Below the pieces are notes generated by a model that was not told the origin of the DNA, ran no database searches, and saw only the letters and a program-made list of their open reading frames with translations. DNA of 42,447 bases, from the NCBI GenBank assembly GCA_016201645.1, contig JACQCL010000163.1, forward strand, positions 1 to 42,447, in the 5' to 3' direction. Position 1 is the first letter of the stretch; each line of letters starts with the position of its first letter. The position numbers and the translations under genes are program-made. Shown in pieces: positions 17,591 to 26,657 of the stretch. Source of the stretch: Candidatus Rokuibacteriota bacterium (GTDB taxonomy: Bacteria; Methylomirabilota; Methylomirabilia; Rokubacteriales; CSP1-6).

Positions 17591-20023
17591 ACGGAGCGGG
17601 CGCGGCGGGTCATCATCCTGGCGCGTGAGGAAGCCGGGCGGTTCCGGCACGATTTCGTCGGAACCGAGCACATCCTATTGGGCCTCATCCGGGACGGGGA
17701 GGGGATCGCGACTGCCGTCCTCCAGCGGTTGGGGCTCCGCCTCGAGACGGTCAAGGCTGAGGTCGAGCGGGCGCTCGCCGGATTCCCCAAGACGCTGACC
17801 TTCGGTGAGGTTCCCTTCACGCCTCAAGCCAAACGGGTCCTCGAGTTGTCAATCGAAGAAGCCCGCCAGCTCGGCCACAATTACATCGGCACCGAGCACC
17901 TCCTCCTCGGCCTCATGAAGGAGGGGCAGTGCATCGCGGCGAAGATTCTCGAGTCGTTGGGCGCCAAGCTGGACGAAGTACGCCAGGAGACTCTGGCCCT
18001 TTTGGGAGACCAGTACTACCCCCGGCCGAAGAAGCGCTCCCAGACTCCGGTGCTGGATGAATTCGCCCGCGATCTGACTCAGCTGGCGCGCGAAGGGAAG
18101 CTCGATCCGGTCATCGGGCGCGAGATGGAGATCGAGCGGGTCATCCAGGTCCTCTCACGTCGAACGAAGAACAATCCTGTCCTCATCGGCGAGCCGGGTG
18201 TCGGCAAGACGGCGATCGTCGAAGGACTGGCCCAGAAGATCATCAACCACGACGTGCCCGACGTCCTCGTGTCCAAGCGGCTGCTCCAGCTCGACCTGGG
18301 GGCGCTGGTCGCCGGCACCAAGTATCGGGGCCAGTTCGAGGAGCGCCTCAAGGCGGTGATGAAGGAGATCCGCCAGTCCGAGAACGTGATCCTCTTCCTG
18401 GACGAACTGCACACGCTGATCGGGGCGGGCGCGGCCGAGGGCGCGATCGACGCTTCCAACATGCTCAAGCCCGCTCTCAGCCGGGGTGAAATTCAAACCA
18501 TCGGTGCCACGACCCTCGATGAGTACCGGAAATACATCGAGAAGGACGGCGCGCTCGAGCGGCGGTTCCAGCCCATCATCGTCCGCGCCCCCTCGGTGAC
18601 CGAGGCCATCGAGATCATCCGGGGGCTGCGCCACAAGTACGAGGCCCACCACCGGGTCAAGATCACCGACGAGGCGATCGACGCCGCCGTGAAGTTGGCG
18701 GACCGGTACATCACCGAGCGGCAACTGCCGGACAAGGCCATTGACGTCATCGACGAGGCCTCCTCGCGGACCCGGCTGATGGCGCTGACCCCGCCGCCCG
18801 AGATCAAGGAGCTGGAGAAGGAGATCGAGCGGGTCGTGCGGGAAAAGGACATGTACCTGGAGGCTCAGGAGTTCGAAAAGGCGGCTTCCCTCAGGGAGAA
18901 GGAAAAGCACCTGAGGAGCCGCGGCGACGAGCTCAAGCGTGAGTGGGAGAAGCGGAAGGGGAAGGCCCAGGCCAGCGTGGGGGAAGAGGACATCGAGTTC
19001 ATCGTCTCGCGCTGGACGGGCATCCCGCTTTCCAAGCTCGAGGAGAAGGAGTCGGCAAAGCTGGCGCGGATGGAGGAGGCGCTCCACGGTCGCATCATCG
19101 GCCAGGATGACGCCCTCAGGGCTGTCGCCCGAGCGATTCGGCGCTCCCGCGCCGGGCTGAAGGACGTCAAGCGTCCCGTCGGGTCCTTCATCTTCCTGGG
19201 TCCCACCGGTGTCGGGAAGACGGAACTTGCGCGGGCCTTGGCGGAGTTCCTGTTCGGCGACGAGAACGCCCTCATCCGGATTGATATGTCGGAGTACATG
19301 GAGAAGTTTTCCGTGTCACGGCTCTTGGGCGCCCCGCCCGGATACGTGGGCTATGAGGAAGGAGGGGTGCTGACCGAGAAGGTGAGGCGGCGGCCGTACT
19401 CCGTCGTGCTGTTCGACGAGATTGAGAAAGCTCACCCGGATGTGTACAACATGCTGCTCCAGGTGCTCGATGACGGGCGGCTCAGCGACTCGCTCGGCCA
19501 CGTGGTGGATTTCAAGAACACCATCCTCATCATGACCTCCAATCTGGGGACCCAACTGATCGGCAAGCGCACGCAGCCGGGGTTCCTTCAGGAGTCTGAG
19601 GGCGAATCGTACGAGCGGATGAAGGGGCGGGTGATGGAGGAGCTCAAGCGCGCGTTCCGTCCCGAGTTTCTCAACCGCATTGACGACATCGTCGTGTTCC
19701 ACCCCCTCTCTGTGGATCACATCAAGGGCATCATTCGGCTCATGATCGACCGGATCGATAAGCAGCTCGCCGAGAAGGGGATCCAGATCTTTTTGACGCC
19801 GGGCGCGCAGGAATTGCTGGTCCAGAAGGGGTACGATGCGACCTACGGCGCGCGCCAGCTCAGGCGCACCATTCAGAAGCACATCGAGGACCCCCTGGCC
19901 GAAGCCATTGTGCGGGGGCAGTTCTCGGACGGGACGCGGATCGAGGTTGACAGTGAAGGGGAATCCTTCGTCTTCCGCGAACGGGAGCCGGCGGAGCCGC
20001 CCCTGGAGCTGGCTGAACACTAA
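17591..20023 (+). CDS. clpC: ATP-dependent Clp protease ATP-binding subunit ClpC (class I AAA+ chaperone). The start is uncertain: the first canonical start is TTG 17678, but homology begins by 17591
   Basis: Two Clp_N repeats, AAA-1 GEPGVGKTA, a middle domain with a UVR-like motif ([12 protein letters not shown]), AAA-2 GPTGVGKTE, and the ClpB_D2-small domain. A start at 17591 gives 810 aa, which I recall as the typical ClpC length. See finding on ACG. Confidence 0.9.
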   Translation, partial: TERARRVIILAREEAGRFRHDFVGTEHILLGLIRDGEGIATAVLQRLGLRLETVKAEVERALAGFPKTLTFGEVPFTPQAKRVLELSIEEARQLGHNYIGTEHLLLGLMKEGQCIAAKILESLGAKLDEVRQETLALLGDQYYPRPKKRSQTPVLDEFARDLTQLAREGKLDPVIGREMEIERVIQVLSRRTKNNPVLIGEPGVGKTAIVEGLAQKIINHDVPDVLVSKRLLQLDLGALVAGTKYRGQFEERLKAVMKEIRQSENVILFLDELHTLIGAGAAEGAIDASNMLKPALSRGEIQTIGATTLDEYRKYIEKDGALERRFQPIIVRAPSVTEAIEIIRGLRHKYEAHHRVKITDEAIDAAVKLADRYITERQLPDKAIDVIDEASSRTRLMALTPPPEIKELEKEIERVVREKDMYLEAQEFEKAASLREKEKHLRSRGDELKREWEKRKGKAQASVGEEDIEFIVSRWTGIPLSKLEEKESAKLARMEEALHGRIIGQDDALRAVARAIRRSRAGLKDVKRPVGSFIFLGPTGVGKTELARALAEFLFGDENALIRIDMSEYMEKFSVSRLLGAPPGYVGYEEGGVLTEKVRRRPYSVVLFDEIEKAHPDVYNMLLQVLDDGRLSDSLGHVVDFKNTILIMTSNLGTQLIGKRTQPGFLQESEGESYERMKGRVMEELKRAFRPEFLNRIDDIVVFHPLSVDHIKGIIRLMIDRIDKQLAEKGIQIFLTPGAQELLVQKGYDATYGARQLRRTIQKHIEDPLAEAIVRGQFSDGTRIEVDSEGESFVFREREPAEPPLELAEH

Positions 20024-20078
20024 ACCGGGGACCTACCTACCGTTTTCCAACCTGACGGAGACGCACGCGCCTCTGCCT

Positions 20079-22328
20079 ATGAACGGAGTGGGGAGGTTGT
20101 TTCTCTCCATTTTTTTTGTCCTCCTGATCGTTCTCCCATCCGGGGCGTCGGGGCAGGAGCAGCCGCCCATTATCGTCAAGGACATCGCGGTGGAGGGGAA
20201 CCGCCGCGTGCAGGAGGCGGTGATCCTCGGCAAGGTTCAGACCACCCTCGGCTCCGTGTTTCGGCCGGCGCAGTTGGCTGAGGACATCCGATCGATCTTC
20301 GGCCTCGGCTTCTTCGACGATGTCCGGCTGAAGGTGGACGACTTTGAGGGCGGCGTCAAGGTGACCTTTGTCGTTGTGGAGCGGCCATTCATCCGGGACA
20401 TCGAGTTCGAAGGCAACAAGCGTGTTGATGCGAAAACCCTCCAGGAAAAGGTGGACCTTCGCCTCGGTTCGCTCTATAACCCGGTCGAGGTGCAGAAGAC
20501 GCTGGAAAAGGTGAAAGACTACTACGAGGAGCAAGGGTACTTCGAGGTCCAGATCACGCCCGATGCCGAAAAGCTGCCGGACGGGGATGTGAGGCTGGTA
20601 TTCCGGATTGCCGAGGGCCGTCGGATCACCATTGACCGGATCGTCATCGAGGGCGCCCAAGGTCTCTCCGAAAAAGAGGTCAAGAAGGTCATGCAAACGC
20701 AGGAGCGGCAGTACTTCATCCTGCGGGGAGTGGTCCAGCGCCAGTTCCTGGATAGAGACGTGGATCTCATCATCCAGCTCTATAACGATCACGGGTACAT
20801 CCAGGCCCGCGTGGAGTCCCAAGAGATGGAGGTGGACCGGGCCCGGGCGCGGGTGACGATCAGGATCAAGGTGGTCGAGGGGCCCCAGTTCAGGGTTGGA
20901 AGCGTGGACGTCACCGGCACCCACGTGCTCCCGGTCGAGGAGGTCCGGCGGCAGCTCCTTCTCAAGCCCGGCGACGTGTTCTCGCGGGCGAAGGTCCGCA
21001 AGACCCTGGACAATATCACCCGCCTCTACAGCACGATCGGGCGGGCTTCGGCCGAGGTCAATCCGCATATCCAGCAGGACAACGCGGCACGAAAGGTGAA
21101 CCTCACCCTGGAGATCAGCGAAGGCCCGGAGGTTTTCGTGGAGCGGATCAACATCTCCGGAAACGTCCGGAGCGATGAAAAGATTCTCAGGCGGGAGTTC
21201 CCCATGGCCGAGGGCGACCTCTTCACGAGCCAGAAGCTCGACCGGGCCAAGCAGAAGCTCGTGAATCTCGGCTTCTTTGAATCGGTGGACACCACCACGG
21301 CTCCGGGGTCGTCCAAGAATAAGATTATCGTCAACGTCGAGGTCAAAGAGCGCGCCACCGGTCTCTTCAGCCTCGGCGGTGGATTCAGCTCGACGGATGG
21401 CTTCCTGGGCACCCTCGATCTCTCCCAGCAGAACTTCCTGGGCAAGGGCTGGGAGCTGTTTCTGAGGATCCGAGGCGGGGCAAAGACCCAGCAGGGCACC
21501 ATCGGGTTCACGGAGCCGTGGCTGTTTGACCGGCCCCTCGCTGCCGGGTTCGATGTCTTCGACAACCGCAGGGTCTTCATCGATTACACCGTGGACAGCC
21601 TCGGCGGGGACGTCCGGTTGAGCCACCCGTTTTTGGAGTTCTCGCGCTGGAACCTCCAGTACCGGCTCTCGCAGGACAGGGTCTCAGACATTTCCGACAC
21701 CGCCTCGGATGCGCTGCAGCGGGAGAAGGGAACTAAGGTGACGTCGCTCGTGGAGGGGGCCGTGAGCCGGGACACCCGCGATAATGTTTTTGTCCCCACC
21801 AAAGGCAGCCGCGCCAGCCTGACCCTCGACGTGGCAGGGTTGGGCGGAGACAGCAAGTTCATGAAGACGGTCGGCGAGGTGCGCTACTTCCACCCCGTTG
21901 TCTGGGGGACCGTTCTCGCGGGGCGGCTGGAGGCAGGCTACGGCTTCGGCTTCGGCGACAAGGACCTGCCCCTCTTCGAGCGCTTCTACTTGGGCGGTCC
22001 CGATTCCATCCGGTCTTTCAAATTGCGGCAGGTCTCTCCGGAGGATGACAGCGGGGCCCGAATCGGCGGGACCTCCGAGGTGCTCCTGAACATCGAGTAC
22101 CTCATCCCGCTCTTCTACGGGATCCGGTTCGCCGTTTTCTACGATGTGGGGAACGTCTACGGCTTCACCAAGGAGTTCGACCTGACGGATCTGCGGCACG
22201 GCGCGGGCGCGGGCGTCCGCTGGCAATCGCCGTTCGGGCCGATCCGGCTGGACTGGGGCTTCAAGCTGGATCGACGGAAGGGGGAGAGATCGGATAACTT
22301 CCACTTCTCCGTCGGCTCGCCGTTTTAG
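20079..22328 (+). CDS. bamA: Outer membrane protein assembly factor BamA (Omp85)
   Basis: Signal peptide MNGVGRLFLSIFFVLLIVLPSGASG. Five POTRA-like repeats begin at IKDIAVEGNRRV. C-terminal beta-barrel (RGY, GPIRLDWG) ends in the aromatic ...SVGSPF. The track start at 19836 overlaps clpC out of frame. Confidence 0.93.
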   Translation: MNGVGRLFLSIFFVLLIVLPSGASGQEQPPIIVKDIAVEGNRRVQEAVILGKVQTTLGSVFRPAQLAEDIRSIFGLGFFDDVRLKVDDFEGGVKVTFVVVERPFIRDIEFEGNKRVDAKTLQEKVDLRLGSLYNPVEVQKTLEKVKDYYEEQGYFEVQITPDAEKLPDGDVRLVFRIAEGRRITIDRIVIEGAQGLSEKEVKKVMQTQERQYFILRGVVQRQFLDRDVDLIIQLYNDHGYIQARVESQEMEVDRARARVTIRIKVVEGPQFRVGSVDVTGTHVLPVEEVRRQLLLKPGDVFSRAKVRKTLDNITRLYSTIGRASAEVNPHIQQDNAARKVNLTLEISEGPEVFVERINISGNVRSDEKILRREFPMAEGDLFTSQKLDRAKQKLVNLGFFESVDTTTAPGSSKNKIIVNVEVKERATGLFSLGGGFSSTDGFLGTLDLSQQNFLGKGWELFLRIRGGAKTQQGTIGFTEPWLFDRPLAAGFDVFDNRRVFIDYTVDSLGGDVRLSHPFLEFSRWNLQYRLSQDRVSDISDTASDALQREKGTKVTSLVEGAVSRDTRDNVFVPTKGSRASLTLDVAGLGGDSKFMKTVGEVRYFHPVVWGTVLAGRLEAGYGFGFGDKDLPLFERFYLGGPDSIRSFKLRQVSPEDDSGARIGGTSEVLLNIEYLIPLFYGIRFAVFYDVGNVYGFTKEFDLTDLRHGAGAGVRWQSPFGPIRLDWGFKLDRRKGERSDNFHFSVGSPF

Positions 22329-22343
22329 GAAGGGAGAGCACGC

Positions 22344-22901
22344 ATGACGAAACGCATCGCCCTGGTTTCGACGCTCCTCCTCCTCGTCATCGTCGCTTGG
22401 GGATTGCTGTACCTGGTTCCAGGAGCTCGGGCCCAGGGCGCGGCGCGGGTCGCGTACATCGACGTGCAACGGATCCTCGCCCGCTCCTCGGCGGGCGTGG
22501 CGGCCCGGGAGGAGCTCGAAAAGGACAAGGCGAAGATGCAGAAGGACATTGACGTCAAGAAAGCGGACGTTGAGAAGCTCCGTGACGAGTTGGAGAAGAA
22601 GGGTGCGCTCCTGAGCGCCGGCGCCCGAAGCGAAAAGCAGGAGACGCTCGAGCGGAAGATTCGCGATCTGCGCCGCTTGGTGGACGATTACCGGATCGAG
22701 CTTGAGCGAAAGGAACAAGGGCTTCTCCAGAAGGTCCTCGTGGATATTTCCGGGGTCGTCGAACGGGTGGGCAAGCAGCGAGGATTCCTCATGATCGTCG
22801 AGAAGCGAGGCGGGGGGATCCTCTACGGCGCTCCGGAGGCGGACCTGACGGACGAAATCATCAAGGCCTACGATCAAGAAGCGGGCAAAGGAAAGCGATA
22901 G
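22344..22901 (+). CDS. skp: Periplasmic chaperone Skp/OmpH
   Basis: Signal/TM N-terminus followed by a K/E-rich coiled OmpH domain. It sits in the canonical position between bamA and lpxD. Confidence 0.85.
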   Translation: MTKRIALVSTLLLLVIVAWGLLYLVPGARAQGAARVAYIDVQRILARSSAGVAAREELEKDKAKMQKDIDVKKADVEKLRDELEKKGALLSAGARSEKQETLERKIRDLRRLVDDYRIELERKEQGLLQKVLVDISGVVERVGKQRGFLMIVEKRGGGILYGAPEADLTDEIIKAYDQEAGKGKR

Positions 22902-22906
22902 GGCCG

Positions 22907-23983
22907 ATGGCGGACGCGGGGCGATGCTACACGCTCGGGCAGCTTGCCCAGGCACTGGGCGCGGTCCTGGAAGGGGATGCCCAGCGTGTGATCACCGGCG
23001 TCGCCTCGCTGGACAGGGCGGGCCCCGATCAGATCTCGTTCGTCACCAACCGGAGGTACCTGCCGCTCGCCAAATCCTCGCGCGCTGGGGCTCTGCTCGT
23101 CCCCGCGGACGTGCAGGATCTAAGCGGCCCGCTGTTGAGAACGCCGTCTCCCCAGACCGCGTTGATCTCGCTCCTCAAACTGTTCCACCCGGCTCCGCCG
23201 CTGTCCCCGGGCGTCCACCCCTCAGCGCTGGTGGCTCCCGAGAGCCAGGTCCACCCGGACGCCTCCGTCGGGGCGTTCGCCGTGATCCAGCCTCGTGCGG
23301 TGGTGGGAGCCCGCGCGCGCATCTTTCCGCTGGTGTACGTCGGCGAGGGCGCGGAGATCGGCGAGGACTCTACGCTCTATCCCCACGTCGTGGTACGTGA
23401 CGGGGTCCGCATCGGCCGGCGGGTGATCGTCCACGCCGGTGCCGTGCTCGGCGCGGATGGGTTCGGGTTCGTCTTTGACGGGAGCGTCCACCAGAAGATC
23501 CCCCAGGTCGGCGGCTTGATCATTGAAGACGACGTGGAGATCGGCGCGAACACGACGATTGATCGGGCCACCCTCGGGGACACCGTCGTTCACCGCGGAA
23601 CAAAAATTGATAATCTCGTCCAGATCGCGCATAACGTGGAAATCGGGGAACACTCCATCCTTGCCGCCCAGGTTGGCATCGCCGGTTCCTCCCGGGTGGG
23701 TCGGGGAGTGGTGCTCGGCGGCCAGGTCGGCGTGGCCGACCACGTCACGATCGGCGATGGCGCCGTCCTGGGCGCGCAGACGGGGGTGTCGCAGGACGTG
23801 GCGGCCGGCGAGAAGTTGTTCGGGACGTGGGGGCGTCCGATGAGGGAGGCCCGGCGGATCTGGCTCGCCGAGGCCGAGCTGCCGGAGCTCGTCCGCCGAT
23901 TGCGCGCGATCGAGCGGCGCCTCGAACGATTGGAAGCGCGGCTGGGGAAGGCAGGGGGGGCAGGCGACGATGGCGGTGCCTGA
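22907..23983 (+). CDS. lpxD: UDP-3-O-(3-hydroxyacyl)glucosamine N-acyltransferase
   Basis: N-terminal LpxD uridine-binding domain (LGQLAQALGA...G), a long left-handed beta-helix of hexapeptide repeats (including the HNVEIG segment), and a C-terminal helical tail. Confidence 0.92.
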   Translation: MADAGRCYTLGQLAQALGAVLEGDAQRVITGVASLDRAGPDQISFVTNRRYLPLAKSSRAGALLVPADVQDLSGPLLRTPSPQTALISLLKLFHPAPPLSPGVHPSALVAPESQVHPDASVGAFAVIQPRAVVGARARIFPLVYVGEGAEIGEDSTLYPHVVVRDGVRIGRRVIVHAGAVLGADGFGFVFDGSVHQKIPQVGGLIIEDDVEIGANTTIDRATLGDTVVHRGTKIDNLVQIAHNVEIGEHSILAAQVGIAGSSRVGRGVVLGGQVGVADHVTIGDGAVLGAQTGVSQDVAAGEKLFGTWGRPMREARRIWLAEAELPELVRRLRAIERRLERLEARLGKAGGAGDDGGA

Positions 23984-24821
23984 AATCATCGACTCCACGG
24001 CCATCGTGGATCCGCGGGCCCGGCTCGGCCCCGGGGTTCGGATCGGAGCCTTCTCCATCGTCGGGCCCGAGGTGATGATGGGCGCGGATGTCGAGATCGG
24101 CCATCACGTCGTGCTCGAAGGGCGTCTGGACATCGGGCCGCGAGTGAAGATCGGGCACGGGGCGGTGCTCGGCGGGCCGCCGCAGGACCTCAAATTCAAG
24201 GCAGGCACACCGTCGGGCGTGAGGATCGGCGCCGGGACGGTCATCCGCGAGTACGTGACGATTCACCGCGCCACGCAGCCCGAGGGCTGGACCGAGATTG
24301 GCGCGGACTGCCTCCTGCTGGCGATGAGCCACGTCGCCCACGACTGCCGCCTGGGTGATGGCGTCATCGTGATCAACTATGCCGGCATCACCGGTCACTG
24401 CGAGATCGGTGAGCGGGCCACCATCGGGGGGCTCACCGGGGTGGTTCCATTCACGCGCGTGGGCGCCTATGCTTACATCGGCGGCTGCGGGAAGGTAACG
24501 GCGGACGTGCCGCCGTACATGCTGGCCGACGGCCTGCCGGCGACGGTTCGCGGCGTCAACATCGTCGGGTTGCGGCGGGCCGGGATGCCGGCGGCCGATC
24601 GGCGGGCGCTTCAGGACGCCTATCGCCTGCTCTACCGGAGCGGTTTGAGTCCGCGGGGCGCCCTCGAGCGTATTCGCCGTGAGCTGCCGGCCAGTGAGCC
24701 AATTGTGCGGCTCGTGGATTTTATAGCTTCCTCCCGGCGGGGTATCTGCGGCCCGCCCCGGGGCGAGCCTGCCGCTGGCGCAGGCGTCGCGTCGGATGCC
24801 GAGGGTGAGCGGGTGGTCTGA
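23970..24821 (+). CDS. lpxA: Acyl-ACP--UDP-N-acetylglucosamine O-acyltransferase
   Basis: IDSTAIVDP..RLG..V.IG.F hexapeptide helix, HVAHDC catalytic His region, and C-terminal helical domain (N.VGL.R.G). Confidence 0.92.
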   Translation: MAVPEIIDSTAIVDPRARLGPGVRIGAFSIVGPEVMMGADVEIGHHVVLEGRLDIGPRVKIGHGAVLGGPPQDLKFKAGTPSGVRIGAGTVIREYVTIHRATQPEGWTEIGADCLLLAMSHVAHDCRLGDGVIVINYAGITGHCEIGERATIGGLTGVVPFTRVGAYAYIGGCGKVTADVPPYMLADGLPATVRGVNIVGLRRAGMPAADRRALQDAYRLLYRSGLSPRGALERIRRELPASEPIVRLVDFIASSRRGICGPPRGEPAAGAGVASDAEGERVV

Positions 24822-25849
24822 TGGCGGGGTCTGATCGTCGCATCCGGGCGGGGGTCGTCGGCGCCGGCCACATGGGCCAGTATCACATCCTGGTGTTCGC
24901 CGAGCTCTGGGACGTGGACCTCGTGGGGATCGTCGATACCGATGTCGACAGGGCCCAGCGGCTGGCCGGCCAGTACGGCACCCAGGCGTTCGCCGATCAT
25001 CACGCGCTGATCGGCAAGGTGGACGTGGCGAGCGTGGCGGTCCCCACGGACCAGCACTTCGCCGTGACGCGCGACCTTCTCGAAGCGGGGATCCATGTGC
25101 TGGTGGAGAAGCCCATGACCCCGACGCTGGAGGAGGCGAAGGAGCTCTTCCGCCTGGCCCGCCAGCGGCAGGCCGTGCTGCACGTGGGGCACGTCGAGCG
25201 CTTCAACGGCGCCGTCCAGGAGCTCAAGAAGATCGTGGAGCGCCCGATCCTGATCGAGTCCCGGCGACTCGGCCCCTTCGTTCCGCGGGTTCAGAACGAC
25301 ACGGTGGTCATGGATCTGATGATTCATGACATTGACATCGTCCTGGGGCTGGTGAACGGTGAGCCCCGGCGCATCAACGCGGTGGGGCGGTCCGTTCAGT
25401 CGAACCTGCCGGACGTCGCCAACGTGCAGATCGTCTTCGACACCGGCACGCTCGCCAACATCACCGCCAGCCGGTCCACCGAGCAGAAGATTCGCACGCT
25501 CCACATCACCCAGCCCGACGCGTACATCACGCTGGACTACACGGACCAGGACATCCAGATCCACCGGCGGGCCGCCCAGGAGTACACCCTGAACCGCGAG
25601 TCCATCCGGTACCGGCAGGCCGCCTTTGTCGAGCACCTCTTCGTCCACAAGGACAACCCTCTGAAGCTGGAGATCCTTCACCTGATCCAAGCGGCGCGCG
25701 AGGCGCGGGCGGGTGGGCTGGTGGAGCTCGCCGAGGGGGAGGACCTCCGATCGCTGGCCGTGGCGCTGGAGATCGAGCGGATGATCCGCGAGGGCCGGGG
25801 GGAAACGGCCTGGCCGGAGGATCTTCCGTGGAGCGTGCGCTCGGCCTGA
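24821..25849 (+). CDS. Gfo/Idh/MocA-family NAD(P)-dependent oxidoreductase embedded in the lipid A operon (GnnA-like?)
   Basis: N-terminal Rossmann motif IRAGVVGAGHMGQYH, EKP motif (VLVEKPM), and a C-terminal alpha/beta domain. The ATG shares 1 nt with the lpxA TGA (TGATG). Confidence 0.8.
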   Translation: MAGSDRRIRAGVVGAGHMGQYHILVFAELWDVDLVGIVDTDVDRAQRLAGQYGTQAFADHHALIGKVDVASVAVPTDQHFAVTRDLLEAGIHVLVEKPMTPTLEEAKELFRLARQRQAVLHVGHVERFNGAVQELKKIVERPILIESRRLGPFVPRVQNDTVVMDLMIHDIDIVLGLVNGEPRRINAVGRSVQSNLPDVANVQIVFDTGTLANITASRSTEQKIRTLHITQPDAYITLDYTDQDIQIHRRAAQEYTLNRESIRYRQAAFVEHLFVHKDNPLKLEILHLIQAAREARAGGLVELAEGEDLRSLAVALEIERMIREGRGETAWPEDLPWSVRSA

Positions 25850-26646
25850 TGTGCGGGGCCGGCACCCTCCCGGCCCACGTCGCCTCCGAAGCCCGGCGCC
25901 AGGGGTGGCGCGTGGTGGCGTTCGCCTTCGGGGAAGCCCCCGCCCTCGCTCCGGTCGTTGATCGCCTGATCCCGAGCCGTCTGCCCGACCTCAGCCTCCT
26001 CCTCGATGGACTCAGGCGAGAGCAGGTGTCGGCGGTGGTCTTCGTGGGGAAGATGGGCAAGCGGGAGCTCCTCGAAGGGGCCGCGGTGGCCGATGCGTCG
26101 GGGCGGGAACTCTTGAGGGCGGCGGGGGGGCTGTCCGACGGCGCTCTTGGCGAGGCCATCGTCGGCGCGCTTGCGGGCCTTGGGATCGAGGTGCTCGACC
26201 AGCGCCTTTTCCTTGGTTCGCTCCTCGTCCCGCCGGGCTTGCTCACCTCGAAGGCCCCCTCGGAGGCGGAGTGGCGGGACATCAGGCTGGGGCTCCGCCT
26301 CGCGAAGCAGTGCGCCGGGCTCGGGGTGGGGCAGACCGTGGTGGTCAAACAGGGGATCGTCGTGGCTGTGGAGGGGATCGAGGGGACCAACGAAACCATT
26401 TCGCGGGGGTGCCGGCTGGCGGGTCCGGGTGCCGTCGTCGTCAAGGCCGTGGCGCCTCAGCAGGATTACCGGTTCGACGTTCCTGCCGTCGGTCCCGCGA
26501 CCCTCGAGGCTCTGGCGGAGGGCGAAGCCGGCGTGCTTGCCGTCGAGGGCGGGAAGGTCATGGTCCTCGATCGGGAGAGGGTGCTGGACATGGCCGCCCG
26601 CCACGAAATCGCCGTCGTGAGCCTCGGCGCGGATGCGGCACAGTGA
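25828..26646 (+). CDS. lpxI: UDP-2,3-diacylglucosamine pyrophosphatase LpxI (DUF1009)
   Basis: LGLMCGAGTLP N-terminus, GQTVVVK.G.VVAVE..EGT...I.R and DYRFDVPA.G motifs. It sits between lpxA and lpxB, as described for LpxI. GTG 25828 start is assumed. Confidence 0.85.
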   Translation: MERALGLMCGAGTLPAHVASEARRQGWRVVAFAFGEAPALAPVVDRLIPSRLPDLSLLLDGLRREQVSAVVFVGKMGKRELLEGAAVADASGRELLRAAGGLSDGALGEAIVGALAGLGIEVLDQRLFLGSLLVPPGLLTSKAPSEAEWRDIRLGLRLAKQCAGLGVGQTVVVKQGIVVAVEGIEGTNETISRGCRLAGPGAVVVKAVAPQQDYRFDVPAVGPATLEALAEGEAGVLAVEGGKVMVLDRERVLDMAARHEIAVVSLGADAAQ

Positions 26647-26657
26647 GGGCGGCAGCG

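Noticed and set aside
20110-20117. A T8 homopolymer inside the bamA signal-peptide coding region (TCC ATT TTT TTT GTC), considered as a possible slipped-strand phase-variation tract.
   Set aside because: It simply encodes the hydrophobic I-F-F of the signal peptide. bamA is essential, the tract is short, and nothing else suggests phase variation.
20037-21626. Very long minus-strand ORFs antisense to real genes. Examples: 20037..21626 (529 aa), 12856..14319 (487 aa), 7882..9135, 36383..37597, 38101..39291, 997..2202.
   Set aside because: All mirror well-supported + strand genes. Their translations are dominated by R/P/G/A/L/E with no recognisable motifs. Stop-codon scarcity on the antisense strand is expected at this GC content.
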